A stretch of 64,000 nucleotides of DNA, from positions 34,288,001 to 34,352,000 of the forward strand of contig NW_024704743.1 of NCBI RefSeq assembly GCF_018977255.1, in the 5' to 3' direction. A program made the translations under genes and the position numbers. Below the pieces are notes generated by a model. That model had not been told where the DNA came from, ran no database searches, and worked only from the letters and a program-made list of their open reading frames with translations. Origin of the DNA: Callorhinchus milii (taxonomy: Eukaryota). Below are positions 51,145-63,599 of the stretch, in pieces; position 1 is the stretch's first letter; every line of letters starts with the position of its first letter.

Positions 51145-51762
51145 ATCGCTGCCAAAACCCTCATACATGCTTTCATTACATCGAGGCTTGACTATGCAAA
51201 CTGATTGCTTGTCGGTCTCCCCAACTCCTCCCTCCACAGGCTGTAGATCATCCAGGACTCTGCAGCCCGTGTCCTCTCCCATACTAGGCTCCGCGAACCT
51301 ATCACCCTCATCCTTGCCCAACTCCACTGGCTTCCCATCATACAGAGGATACAGTTCAAGATCCTGGTCCTCACTTTCAAAACCCTCCACGGTCTTGCTC
51401 CCCCCTACCTCTCTGACCTCCTAACCCCCTACCATCCTGTTCACTGACTCTGCTCAGCGGGCTCCAGCCTGAATCACGTCCCCCGCCTTGCTCGCCCCAC
51501 TATTGGCCTTCTGCCACTCCGCACCCTCCCTCTGGAAATCCATCCCACAATCCCATCTGCCTCGCCCCCTCCCTTGCCACCTTCAAGACCCACCTCATGA
51601 CTCTCCTCTTCGACAGTGCTTTCGATCTCCGTGCTTTCGATCTCCCACCCTCCCCCAACTCAAACCCAGCTCGGATCCATAACTGTCTGTCCAGCGCTTT
51701 GGGACATCCTCCCAACATGAAAGGTGCTGTATAAATGTAATTTTGTTGTTGTTGTTGTTGTT
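51145..51762 (+). mobile_element. L2 3' fragment with tail
   Basis: TLIHAFITSRLDYAN..LHWLPIIQRIQFKILVLTFK; (TTG)n tail. Confidence 0.92.
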
Positions 51763-54119
51763 GATGTAATGTGGTTAATCATGTATGTATAGGCTTTCAC
51801 AAATGTTTTTTTTGCAGGCACTTAGTTTAGTTCAAAGCCTCTGCATCTGCTTAGACCTGCTGTTCCCTCTGTGCCACTAAAATATTCTACCAAAAGTGGA
51901 TACAAATTCTGCCTGATTGGTAGATTCATTCATATTGCAGTACAGTTTGATTGGTACAGTTGATACCCCCACTGGAAAGTGAGTGGATTCCAAGTGAGGA
52001 CAGGGTGACTCTCACTGTGATGATCCCACAAATGTTCAACCGGGATGTTTGCTGATACTCACTGGCTAGGCTCACATAGTATGATGTAGAAGGAGTCAGG
52101 GCCTGAGTAAAGGGATATAATTGATGTAAATAATCATTAAAAAAAGCCTATATAATAATCATTGCATTTGATATAGCATATTTCATGTACAGGAAGACAT
52201 CTCAAAGCCCTTCTAGGATTTATTGTAAAGTGAAGCAAATTTGTATTTTGTCTGAATGAGGAACAAAAAGGCCTGGAAGAAAAAAAGCTTTCAGGTCTCA
52301 CTCAGAATCCAGGATACTTAATATGAAAACTCTCCACTCTCCTGCCCCCCACCATAAATCTCAATGTAGATTTTTTTAAAAAAAGTACTGTTGTTGCTTT
52401 TGAAGCAAAGTTCCGCTGAAAGATCCACACCAGCAATTATTTTACAATTCTGTTTTTAACTGGTTTACATTTATTGAGAGCCAATGGGATAAAGTGATGA
52501 TATCAAACCCACAACCTGCTGGCTATATGCAACGCTCAGAGCGTTAGAAGGTGGCATACATCATAAATGTTAATGCAGCCATCTGCTGTGACGAGCCTGC
52601 TAGCATCAAGCTACAGACAGAGGCCATTGACCTCCTCTTCCTGCTGGGGCATTGGGAGTAAAAAAAAAGGGGGTGAAAATGGGGAACACACAAGAGGCAA
52701 GACACCCTCCAAAAGAAAATAAATTTTCTTTCCAAACACAATAATAAGGTCGTTGTTGAAGGTTAATTATATATCTATTTTTAATAAGCCATAAATGTTT
52801 TATTGTCTCTATAAAACTGAATTAGGTTTAGATCAGCATGATAGCAGGAATGGCAGCTGGGTTTATTGGTAGCTGGGTCTACAGTCGTACTCTATAAGAA
52901 CTACTAATCAGTTTAACTCCATGGTAATGGGTTGAGCATGCGTACATTGATCGCACCGGCTCACTGCTAGAAAAACACAAGGGCTTTCACATGTACACAA
53001 GTGGCAAGATGCCACTGATAACAGTCAGCTGCTGAGCATCACTCTGTGCATGAAGAAAACAGACAACCTCAAATACAACAAGGCGGATAGTATTTTACTA
53101 TGTCAAAAAGCAAGCATGTCAACACTGATGTATGTACCAGACTTCAAACATCTAAATCTCAGGCAGTAAACACCAAAGATTATATCGACAATTTTACAGT
53201 ATTTTTAAACATTTGTGTTTTACTAAAACTTACTTTGAAGTAGTTATATAACTGTTATGTAATACTATGTATTTAACAGTTAATTTCTTGGCTTACTGCC
53301 CAAGTATTCCAATTAATGCCCAACCAACCTTGAACAAGACAACAACTTGTATTTATGCAACAACTTGGTTGACTGTAAAGCGTATGGTCTATGTGTTTTA
53401 TAGGTGAGAATGGCAGCTAATTTGTGCGCAGCAACATCCCACAAACATGAAGTGAACCTTATCCCTTGTAAAGACGATCCTGGACTAACCCCCTATCAGG
53501 GCATTGTGGGACCTCCTTCCTTCAGTTTATCATCCTCCCCCCATGAATACAGACAATTAACTGAAACCCATCACTGATCTACCTGCCTTCATAAACCACT
53601 GATTATTAGAGCCACAAACATTCATGTTCAGATACATTTCACAACGACTGTAACTGATCAGACTTTGCATCTGACAGTTTACTTACTTGGTTCAAAAACC
53701 TTTGCGGGAGAAAGTAACCAAAAACAACCTCTGTATTAACAATCTTAATGCTAAAATATGTGGCTTTGAAAAAGTTTAGATATTTCCAAATTTGTTTCAC
53801 ATTGGCAATAGGTGTCAGCTTTGAAACATAAACCCATCCTGTGTGCTTAAACAGAAAAATATTTTGCAAGTATAGTTCAAAAGGCTCCCAAATGTGAATT
53901 GCCTTAGGGCCCCTGATCCCTGGGCCTGCTGTTAGGTTTTTCAGGTAGCACATTTATCATTCAATGTCGCCAAGAGAAGCCCAGGACTCTGTAGTTTTTC
54001 TGAGATCAAATACTCAGTACAGCTTTCACAATTCACAGAATCTGGTCAGTTTTTCATCTGCCCACAAGGTGGAGCAGTTTATCAGTTAATCCATGGCAAT
54101 TGTGACTATGTTTTTCAGA

Positions 54120-54390
54120 AGATCACAAGATTGGTTTGGATGAAGAAGGCCCTTCAGCCCATGTGATCTCATACTTCCACAACGCCTACTCTACCATCTT
54201 TCCATCACAGAATCAGGCTATGTTTTAAATGAGTCCAGTTTTCTGGGCCTTCCTGGTGACCTGTTCCAATAGTTTACCTTCTGGAAAAAGAAAAACTTCC
54301 TGGTATTTGTCCTGAAATTGCACTTTGCAACTCTCAACCTATGTCCTCCTGTTGTACTGTCTTGGTGGATCCTAAAGTATTGTTCTAAAT
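54120..54390 (-). mobile_element. CR1 3' fragment
   Basis: Minus strand: DSTTGGHRLRVAKCNFRTNTRKFFF..YWNRSP..LDSFK. Confidence 0.8.
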
Positions 54391-54764
54391 TTCTCTGCTT
54401 GAAAGTGCTGTGGGTGCGCACTTGTGTGTCTGTGTTCAGCGAGTAAAAACAAGACGGGGCTAATTTTGATGCTGTATGACCTACGGCTGTTTTTGTGTAT
54501 GTCTCAGTGGTATAGTAAGCTTAACCTTTACACTGTTGTGCGACACATAATCACACGTACCACACCAACTTCCTGGCTTGCTTAGTCTGGGGAGGCACAG
54601 AATGGAGGTTAGATGTTTCCTCCTGGATAGGTTGGGGAACAGCAGTCAACCTGACCTGCAGTACAGTGACACCTAACTGCTGGTTACACAATGACTTTTG
54701 CAGAGGCCTTGCATTTGGAAGGAAGGGTCATCGCTCAACTCCCAGGCAGGAAATAGTGCACTTG

Positions 54765-55265
54765 CAATACAATTTACACTTATATAACATATCTTTCATG
54801 TTGGGAGGATGTCCCAAAGCAGGTGGTCAGTTTCATGTGGGTCAGAATGGTGCGAAAGGAGTGGGAGACAGCTTCGAAGGTGTGGAGAGAGGGATTGGTG
54901 GGGGTCAGGGTGTGAGGGGAAGATGGGCAGGGTTAGTAGATGGCAGGGCAGAGGCAGCTGAGTGGATCCCCTTGCCCTTGGTTTCAAGGAAGTCCAGCAT
55001 TGCCTCGCAGTTGGCGTTGGAGGAGAGGATGGGAGAGGCGTGAGAGGGTGGGCCGAGGAGCCGGTTGGTGATGGAGAAGAGGAGCCCGGGGTTGTCCTTC
55101 GCCTCCAAGATTGTTTTGGAGTAGAACGACGATTCAGCGGAGGCGAGGGCGGAGCAGTAGGATTTGATAAGGTCCAGCCAAATCTGCCGATGAACCGTTA
55201 AGTTGGATTTCAGCCAGGTACGTTCAGCGGCACACACCTGTGCCTTAAGGGAGTGGAGAGGCTGA
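54765..55265 (-). mobile_element. Internally deleted L2 (pre-RT region fused to the 3' tail)
   Basis: LHSLKAQVCAAERTWLKS..NPGLLFSITNRLL..CEAMLDFLE (ORF2 upstream of the RT) joined near 54820 to TTTGGGACATCCTCCCAACATGAAAG. Confidence 0.85.
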
Positions 55266-55467
55266 TGTAGGAATGATAGGGAAAAAAAATCAGAAAGGTA
55301 CAAGTGGGCTATGGATGCTGCATTTGAAACTATCAAACTTATTTCCAGCACCTTGTATTTTTTTTAAAAACAGATGTCAAGAAGACTACTTAAAGTCTTG
55401 GATGAGGTCCACGGCACAGATTTACTGTAATTACGTAACTGTTTGAATTCATTTAGACTAGATAGGC

Positions 55468-55648
55468 TGATAATAATAATCCTTGCATTTGAAATAGCGC
55501 CTTATCATGTCTTTGAGATGTCTCAAAGCCTTTCATAGAATATACTATAAAGTGAATTGACTGTATGTTTTGTGGGTGAAATATGGCAGCCAATTGCACA
55601 CATCAGTGTCCCACAAACAGTCGTGGATTGAGTGACCAATTTATTATT
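55468..55648 (-). mobile_element. SINE family A, 3' half
   Basis: Tail and body up to GTGACCAATTTATTATT; head absent. Confidence 0.88.
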
Positions 55649-56174
55649 ATTGGTCACTTTTATTGATGAAGAGGTGCAATTGATTTCAGTAACTTGTAAA
55701 CCACAGTGTTTACTGCAACATACTTTGCTGCAAATAGGTGGTGAAACGACTTGTGGTGATCTGGAGAAATCAAAGGATGATAAAGGTGTATTTGCAGCTC
55801 TTCTGGAACTGAACAGATACCCACAGAAAGCATCTCATCCCATCTTGTGGCAATTGTGAGTTACTGCATCCACAGGGGAATCACATGGATATTCAACAAA
55901 GTTATCAATTTCATCTTTCAAGCACTAAGGACTACACTGAATGCGGCACATTCTAAAATGTACACAAAATGATTTTACTAATATTTTATAATGTATAATA
56001 TCAAAAATGTTCAATTTGAGTCATTACAGAAACACCAGGGCAGCAGGATAAGAGTGAATCGACCACAAGCTGTGAAGGGCACTTCAGGACAGACCCAGAG
56101 GGTAATTAACAGCTGGAACAAGTTACAGAAGGGTTTCTGATGCCAGGAAATCCGGATAAACTCCCTTCACTTTT

Positions 56175-56350
56175 CAATAGTGCCACAGGATCCTCAACAT
56201 CCACCTGAACAAGCAGGGCCTCAGTTTATGTTTCATCTGAAGGCTGGCACTTCTAGATTTCACCTCCATCACACACCCAGCACCGTATTGGAGTGTCAGC
56301 CAAGCTTGTGAGTTCAAAGTCAAGATGTGGGGATTAATCCCACAACCTTT
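56175..56350 (-). mobile_element. Deu-type SINE (family B) fragment
   Basis: Reverse complement GGTTGTGG..GGCTGACACTCCAAT..CAGATGAAACATAAACTGAGGCC..GATCCTGTGGCACTATTG. Confidence 0.7.
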
Positions 56351-58247
56351 TGACTTGTGCTGACACACAACAATATTCTGGCTTAACTCATCCTATTACC
56401 TGTATAGTGGGATTCAGATGCTGCCTCCAAGTTGATGTGATTGTGTATTTATCCAGCTGTCCCGAATAAAAATAGTGGGTGTTTAGATTTTAAACCATTC
56501 CACTCTTTGTTAACTGAATGAAAGTGATAACTCTCATATTGAGTCTGTGCTGAAATGTCACATATTTCACCCCATATTTACAACAGTTGTTTGGGACAAC
56601 ATCCTTAAATCTCATTTCAACCTCCGGTAGGGTAAACTGGTAAACACATTGAGATATATTTTGTGTGAAAGGCGCTATCTAACTGCAAGCTGTTGTTGTA
56701 TGTTTATTTTACTGTAACCATTGCACATCAAACTGGTTTTGTTGCTCTTGCAATCATTTCCAAATGTCTCGAGAGGAATTGGCAGAACACACAAACTCAA
56801 TTAGCGAGTGGAGCTGAACAAGCTGTATTCTGAACTAGATGATAGATTTAATATGTTGACTGTATGTTACCAAGTACAGAATTGTCAAACTGTTTGGCCA
56901 CTGGTTCCCCTAAGCCATGACCCTCAAACACGCAGTGTTTAATTATCAATTGAATGATGGTTAATTCAAGAAACATCCTTTACGTTCCGAGATAGTATTC
57001 TTTGCAATTCTTTCCAATGGGACACCAGATATGGTAGCATAATCTGGTAGACTTTCAGTGACCAAATGTGGCTCTTGTTACACATTCCAGGTGACTTTGG
57101 TGCAATGACCTTTCTTTCCTGTCCATCGTTGAAGGCATTGACTAATTCTGAGATACAGACCGCCCTCCAAAACCTGGCACTAGCTGGCATTCTTCATGTA
57201 AGAGCTCAGGTAGTAAATATTATTCTCCCACTGGGAGGGTCAGAACTGAGCTCTATTCTAATGACACTCTGCAGGTCACCAAGCCATGGCTCTAGCCAAC
57301 CTGCGCCTAATTGTATCTTGATTTAGGTAAGCAGGGTGGTTATCTCATCCCTCAACTTTATCTTGTCCCTCTGAGGAGAGTGTGGATTCTATTTCAAACA
57401 AAGGCCAATTTGCATGCATAGGTAATATTACTAATAAAAATAATCATTACATTTAATATAGCACCTTTCATGTGAGAAGGATGCCTCAAAGTGCTTCACA
57501 GATTATACTGTAAAGTGCAGTGATTCTGTACCCTATGGGAAAACGTGGCAGCCAATTTGCACACAGCAATGTCCCACAAACAATTTTAAAATGGCTACAG
57601 GGCACTGGCAGCAGCTACAGTCCCACCCATATCAATATCATAGGTCCAGCATTCAAAACAAATAATTTTTCCCAGGAAGCTGCCTGGTTTGCCTATAGCT
57701 AGGGCAGCCCCTGTCTCCAAGTTACCCTTTTCACCTCTTCATCTTAAGCTGAAATCTTTTTTCCTGATCTGTGTTTCAAAGTCCATCAATTTATATGGCT
57801 TCTACTTCTCAATGGCACTATTTGAAAAGAGAAGGGCAGGGGTTTCTCTCCGTGTCCTCGGAAAAATTCTCCTGGATAATATTGATCATTCACTTCATGG
57901 CTGTTTGCGGTACATGGCTGTATGCAAATTGGCTGCCGCTTAGCTTACAGTTACCAAATATACAATATAACTACACTTTACGGTAAAATCCTGTGAAGTA
58001 TTTTGAGATGTCTCAATGTCGTGATAAGAGCTATATAAACGGCAACCTTGTAGGCAAAAAATCCTGATTTTTTTTGTCATCTAGTTGCAATATTTCATTT
58101 CCCGGAGTAAGCATAGTTTCCTCATTTTTTATTTTTTCCTGTTAGCAAGGCGCTCACACTGTCAGATTTCCAGATTCTAAAAGCATTTTGATGTCTTTGA
58201 AGAACATTGATGCTGCGGCCGCTCCTGAAATGCACATTGTCATTATC

Positions 58248-58610
58248 TTCCCGTAGTACAGTGATTAGCATGCTCGCCTCACAAGCGAGAGGACTCGGGT
58301 TTGATTCCCAGGCAAAGCGAAACCTTAGGCAAGTTTCCTTACTCCACACGCCTCTGTTTATCTTGCAGTAATTAGGAACCTGGTTGTTAATCGATTGGCG
58401 GATCGCTTTCCGGGGGTAATAATCCCTCAAACAAATAATTTGGTCACTCAATCCACAACTGTTTTGGGATAGCACTGTGCACAATTGGCTGCCGCATTTC
58501 GCCCACAAGGTACAAAGTCAATCCAGTTTACAATATATTCTGTGAAGCGCTTTGAGTTGTCTCAATGAAATGATAAGGCGCTATATCAAATACAAGGATT
58601 ATTATTATCA
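58248..58610 (+). mobile_element. SINE family A, long form
   Basis: Head, internal segment (58354-58416), body and tail. Confidence 0.9.
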
Positions 58611-58626
58611 TCTTTGGTTTCACTTG

Positions 58627-58948
58627 ATAATAATAATAATAATCCTTTCATTTGATATAGCGCTTTTCACGTCGGGAGGACGTCCCAAAGCGCTTCACAG
58701 AACACACTAAAAAGTGAATTGACTGTATATTTGTGGGCGAACGCGCCAGCCAATTGCGCACAGCAATGTCCCACAAACAGTCGTAGATTGAAAATGACCA
58801 ATTTATTATTGTTTTTGGTTTTGGAGGGATTATTATTAGGGCTGTGTGTGGAGTAAGGAAACTTGCCCAAGGTTTCGCCCTGCCTGGAATTGAACTCAGG
58901 TCTCTCGCTTGCAAAGCGAGTGCTCTAACCACTAAGCTACAGGACTCC
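58627..58948 (-). mobile_element. SINE family A, short form
   Basis: GGAGTCCTGTAGCTTAGTGGTTAGAGC head; complete to the (ATT)n tail. Confidence 0.92.
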
Positions 58949-60204
58949 ACAAAAAATGATGAAGATTGCTGCATTGTACAGTGCACAATTTCATTCAAAT
59001 ATTTCTGGAAATGCATCAGCTTCTGCAAATCTTCGATCTCCAATCACACACGCTGCTCCAAAATAGGGTAATATCATTAGGCAAAGGCAGCTCATCAGCT
59101 CTGAGGCCCATATCAATGCAATCAGTGCTGACTACACTGTCTGTCGGCCCTTCCACTATGTTGTACGTTCTCAATTTTTAAAATACTTTGAAAATAAATG
59201 CTGCCAATTCAATATATGGTATGAGACAATATATTACAGTATTTTAGTTTATAAAACTTGCTTAAGTTTTTTATTTCTTTGAGAAGAAAATAGTCTTTGT
59301 AGCCTTTAGGCAGATGACTCGATACAATCAAAATGTACTGTAGTAGCTCAAGACTACAAACATACAAATCCAGCTTCTTGCATTGAGCAATGTGACATGT
59401 TTTCGCTTTGTAGAATGTTTTCAGCATTGACACTTCTCACTTGTGAAGCTGTAGGTATTTTGAAAACTGAATCCAAGCCACTCATCAAAGTGAGCTTTGT
59501 TCCACACTGCGCCTGAGGTCCTGAACCAAATAATCTACAATGTTTTTAACATCTTCCTTCTTACTGAGGCAGCATTTCAATGCACACTAAAGTAGGGTAG
59601 GTTGGGAGGCAGGGAACTGAACCACATTAAATATATTGGTGAAGGGGAAGGAATTGATGTGTGTGATATCATATGTGATCATGGCATACTGTAATTTACC
59701 CCATCCTATTTAAGGGCAATGCAAATTGGTAAAGCAATGTCGTTCAGATTATCGACCTGATAGTTTTACAGATGTGTCATAAATCAGCAGTGATTCCAAA
59801 GGAGTTGCTGATTATTCCTGGCATTTCACCTCCACTTACATTTTTAAAATGGAAAACATATTAAAGCTGATTTATCATCAGCAGCACTGACTTACAGAAT
59901 TACTGCAGTGGCTTTATTTTTCCATGAAGCCTTTAACATAAAAGCCAAAATAAATTCTTCAACTCCCCCCGCCCCCACCCTTCCCATACACACACCTTCA
60001 GTTATTTCCTCCAGCCAGTATTCAAGGGCTATTCATTTAATTCTTTGTTTCTAAGATCTAAAAGGGTAACGCACTTGAAGCCTACTGCATAATTTGCCCT
60101 AATTCTTTGACTACAGTTGTAGGTCATTCAGTCCTGCTCTTGCTCTTCCTTATCCAGAATGTGATGAGATCAAGATGTATTTGTTAAGAATTAGATGTTA
60201 GATG

Positions 60205-60563
60205 AGCTCACAAGTTTGATGGTTCAAACCCTACTTCTAGGCTGACACTGCAGTACACTGTTGGGGGTACGCTGCATTGTTGGAGTTGCTGTTCTTCAGA
60301 TGAGACTTTAAATTGAGGTGCCATTAAAAATCCTATGGCATGATTGGATAAGAGAAGGAAATTTCTCTGGGTGTTGTAGCCAACAATACCCCAAATAAAA
60401 TTAGTTATTTACTTCATGACGGTTTGTAGGAAATTACAGTGTGAAAATTGGCTGGTACACTCGCATAAAAATAAACAGTCACTGCACTTTACATTAAACC
60501 CTGTGAAGCACTTTGAGATTGTCCCCCTGACTTGAAAGGTGCTATACCAAATGCAAGAATTAT
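60205..60563 (+). mobile_element. Deu-type SINE (family B)
   Basis: GGTTCAAACCC..CTAGGCTGACACTGCAG..CAGATGAGAC..tail GAAAGGTGCTATACCAAATGCAAG. Confidence 0.72.
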
Positions 60564-61710
60564 CCGGTGCTGTGATTTTTCATTACGGAGTTGGAGCTCT
60601 TTTACATGAAGGCAACAGGAGATACAACTCCAAATAGGCTTTTGGGAAATTTGGTTGGGAAAACTGTTATATTAGGAGTTGCACCTAGAGATAGGCTTCT
60701 CTATTGTAAATACAGCATTAGACTTCATAGAACCATTGAGATTTAAGGTGCAGAAGAAGATGATACTACAATGTGGAACCCAAAATAAAAGTAGCAAGAT
60801 CAGTCCAAAATAATTTAAGTCTGTAATCAAATCACCAGGGTTTCAACTTAACTGCTGCAATCACTGAACTGGCCTTTCATAGCCTCGGTGAGGTTACACT
60901 GAGGTTTCCTTACTCTGAGGTTACATAGAATTACTAAGAATGTTTACAGCATGGAAATAGTCCATTTGGCCATTTGGCCCAGCTATTCCTTGCCATTGTT
61001 TATACTTTACATGAACCCTCCACTCCTCTTGATTCCCTCTCCTAATCCTCTATTCCCTTCTCCCTCATGTATGTGTGACGGTTTGTCAAGGAAGACTCGT
61101 GTCTATCAGCAAACTCACACACAGCCTCTCACCTGGTCATTCTATTAAAGTGCTACTAAATGTCGAGTAACCATATGTCCCCGGATGATGTATTGTGTCC
61201 CTGGGGGCAAATTTGCTCCGTCTTGAGTTCAGCAATAAACTGAGTAAGGGCAATACAATTCTAAAACACAAACACTCATCAGAAAAACATGGCCATTAAT
61301 CCAAAATGTTTCTATAGGACTGCCAGTATCAGGAAAATTGTGGTGAGTTCAGTTTTTTTGTGTGTGATCCTGGATTTGCTTTACAAAATATGGTCACCTA
61401 ACATAATGTGCATGTTCAATTTCCAATGGCTTTCTCTCCTGCACGAGTTGGCCAGTCTCCAGCATCCTCTTATGTTTGTAGTGAGTAGTGTAGGGCATAA
61501 TGTACTTTGGTAAACATTGAATGTCCCCAGAGAAGCATGGGAGAGACACCAGGCAAATCATTAAGATCAGAAATGGCCTCTTGGATAACTGATATATCAT
61601 TGCTGATAGACCAAGACTAATTATTATATCAACCACTGTACTGAGCAATTGGAACTGGTGTTGTAGCAACTGTATCCCAACCCCAGACATGATTGCGTAT
61701 ATATAATATA

Positions 61711-62208
61711 ATAATGATAATCCTTACATTTGATATAGCCCTTATCACATCTTCAAGACGTCTCAAAACACTTCACAGAATATATTGTAAAGTGAATTGA
61801 CTGTATATTTTGTGGGTGAAATGTGGCAGCCAATTGCGCAAAGCAGTGTCCCACAAACAGTCGTGGATTGAGTGATGAATTTATTATTATTAATGATGAA
61901 CAGTGCAATTTAATTCAGTAGCTTGTGAACCACAGTGTTTACTGTAACATACTTTACTGCAAACAGGTACTAAATCTACAGCAGTATCCCACAAACAATC
62001 GTGGATTGTGGGACCAAGTTATTATTTATTTATTTTTGAAGGAATTATTACCCCCGGAAAAGCAATCCACCAATAGACTAACCCTATTTATTGCTAGTTA
62101 AACAGAAGCGTATGGAGTAAGGAAACTTGCCCAGTATTTCGCCCTGACGTGAATCGAATCCAGGCCTCTCGCTTGTGAGGCGAGTACTCTAACCCCTGAG
62201 CTACAGGA
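61711..62208 (-). mobile_element. SINE family A (long form) with an internal 75-nt foreign insert and partial duplication
   Basis: A SINE body segment is present twice (61842-61891 and 61979-62027) around non-SINE sequence at 61894-61968. Confidence 0.85.
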
Positions 62209-63279
62209 TTATACATAACAATAGGTGCAGGTAAAGATGCAGAGAAGCCATTACAGCGAGGACAATGTCTATGCAATGGAACACTGACTCATTGAACTAT
62301 TGAAATTTACATCAAAGAGGAAGCCATTCATGCTTATGCTGGCTCTTGAAAGATCTGCCCATTTAGTCTCATGTCTGGTCTCCATACCCTTCCATAATTT
62401 TCTTTCCAGATATTTATCTAATTTCCTCTTAAAAACTTATATGGATTCTGCCGTAAGCAGTTATAGGTTGAGCATTCCAGATCCTAAAATTCCTAAGTCC
62501 CAGAGATGCTTTATATGTGTGGTAATCAAGGCTTTATTATTTTGTGCACATTTTGAACTTTTAAAAATTCTCAGTTATCAATTGGTCCTAGAACGATTTC
62601 AGATACTTAGTGTCAGCGTGAAGCAAGCCTAGGTTGGGTATGGGAAGGTTGGGCACTGCTCCAACAAGGTGCTGTACTCCCAATCTCAGAAGAACAATCT
62701 TACAACAACAATAAATTACAGCGACTTTCAGTCACGAAGATGTCCCAACAACAACAACTTGCGCTCTTCACACTGGACAGCGTTTTGGAGCTCTTACTTC
62801 ACCTGAATAAATGCTAGGGCCCTGGGAGCAGGTGGCCAACGATTCGATGTAAGGTTTGGGACGTAGGTGGCTGTAGGAGGGTGTGGGTCACGACCGAAAA
62901 ACAAACTTGCACAATTGTTTAAATAAATTAAAAAAAGGTTTATATTAACAAGGAAGCTCTATCTCTGTACATCCGTCTTCTCCAGACTCTCCTCTCACAC
63001 TCCCAAGCACCCAGCTCAATTGGTGCTCAATTATCCCTGAGGGCTTGTGCGGAATTATTACTGGAATTATTACTGAAATCCGTAAAGCGCTCTGAGACCC
63101 CGTCCGGTGTGGAGGGCGCTATATAAATCCAAGTTGTTGTTCTTGTTATTACAATATAATAGACCAGCCCTTGTTAGCTAGACAGTCACAGGGTGGTTCC
63201 CCCCGTCATGGTGGCATACATACGTGGAACTCTCAGCCTGGCTGGAATACTCTTAACGATGGAGATGGATTCCTGCATG

Positions 63280-63523
63280 TGTCAGATAACTTTTAATGAC
63301 AAGCTATGAGATTTGAACTGGTTGAACTCTAGCAGTACCTTATCACACACACTGGGTCCCGAAGCCTTGGCCCTTATTAACTTAAGCCAAATGTGAATTA
63401 GATAAGCAGGGTGCATCCTTTCCCTGGAACATTCCTTCCAAACACAGATAAATCTCCATGTGTAGGTAGTATATACATATGTAGAACTCTTACACATGGT
63501 GTTGGGTTTCCACATATGCCAGC
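63280..63523 (+). mobile_element. Family C 3' portion
   Basis: TTTAATGACAAGCTATG..GCCTTGGCCC..GAATTAGATAAGCAGG..GGGTTTCCACAT; matches 26240-26620. Confidence 0.7.
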
Positions 63524-63599
63524 TTCATTTGGTTGTCAATTCAAAATTAAACATTCCATCAGAAAAGACATGCTGAAAGTTTTTGTTTCAGCAAAGTAA

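Noticed and set aside
58648..59043. 131-aa ORF and similar recurring peptides (..LCAIGCCVSPT..FTVYSVKRFE..)
   Set aside because: The recurring peptides are translations of the non-coding SINE A consensus, not a gene family.
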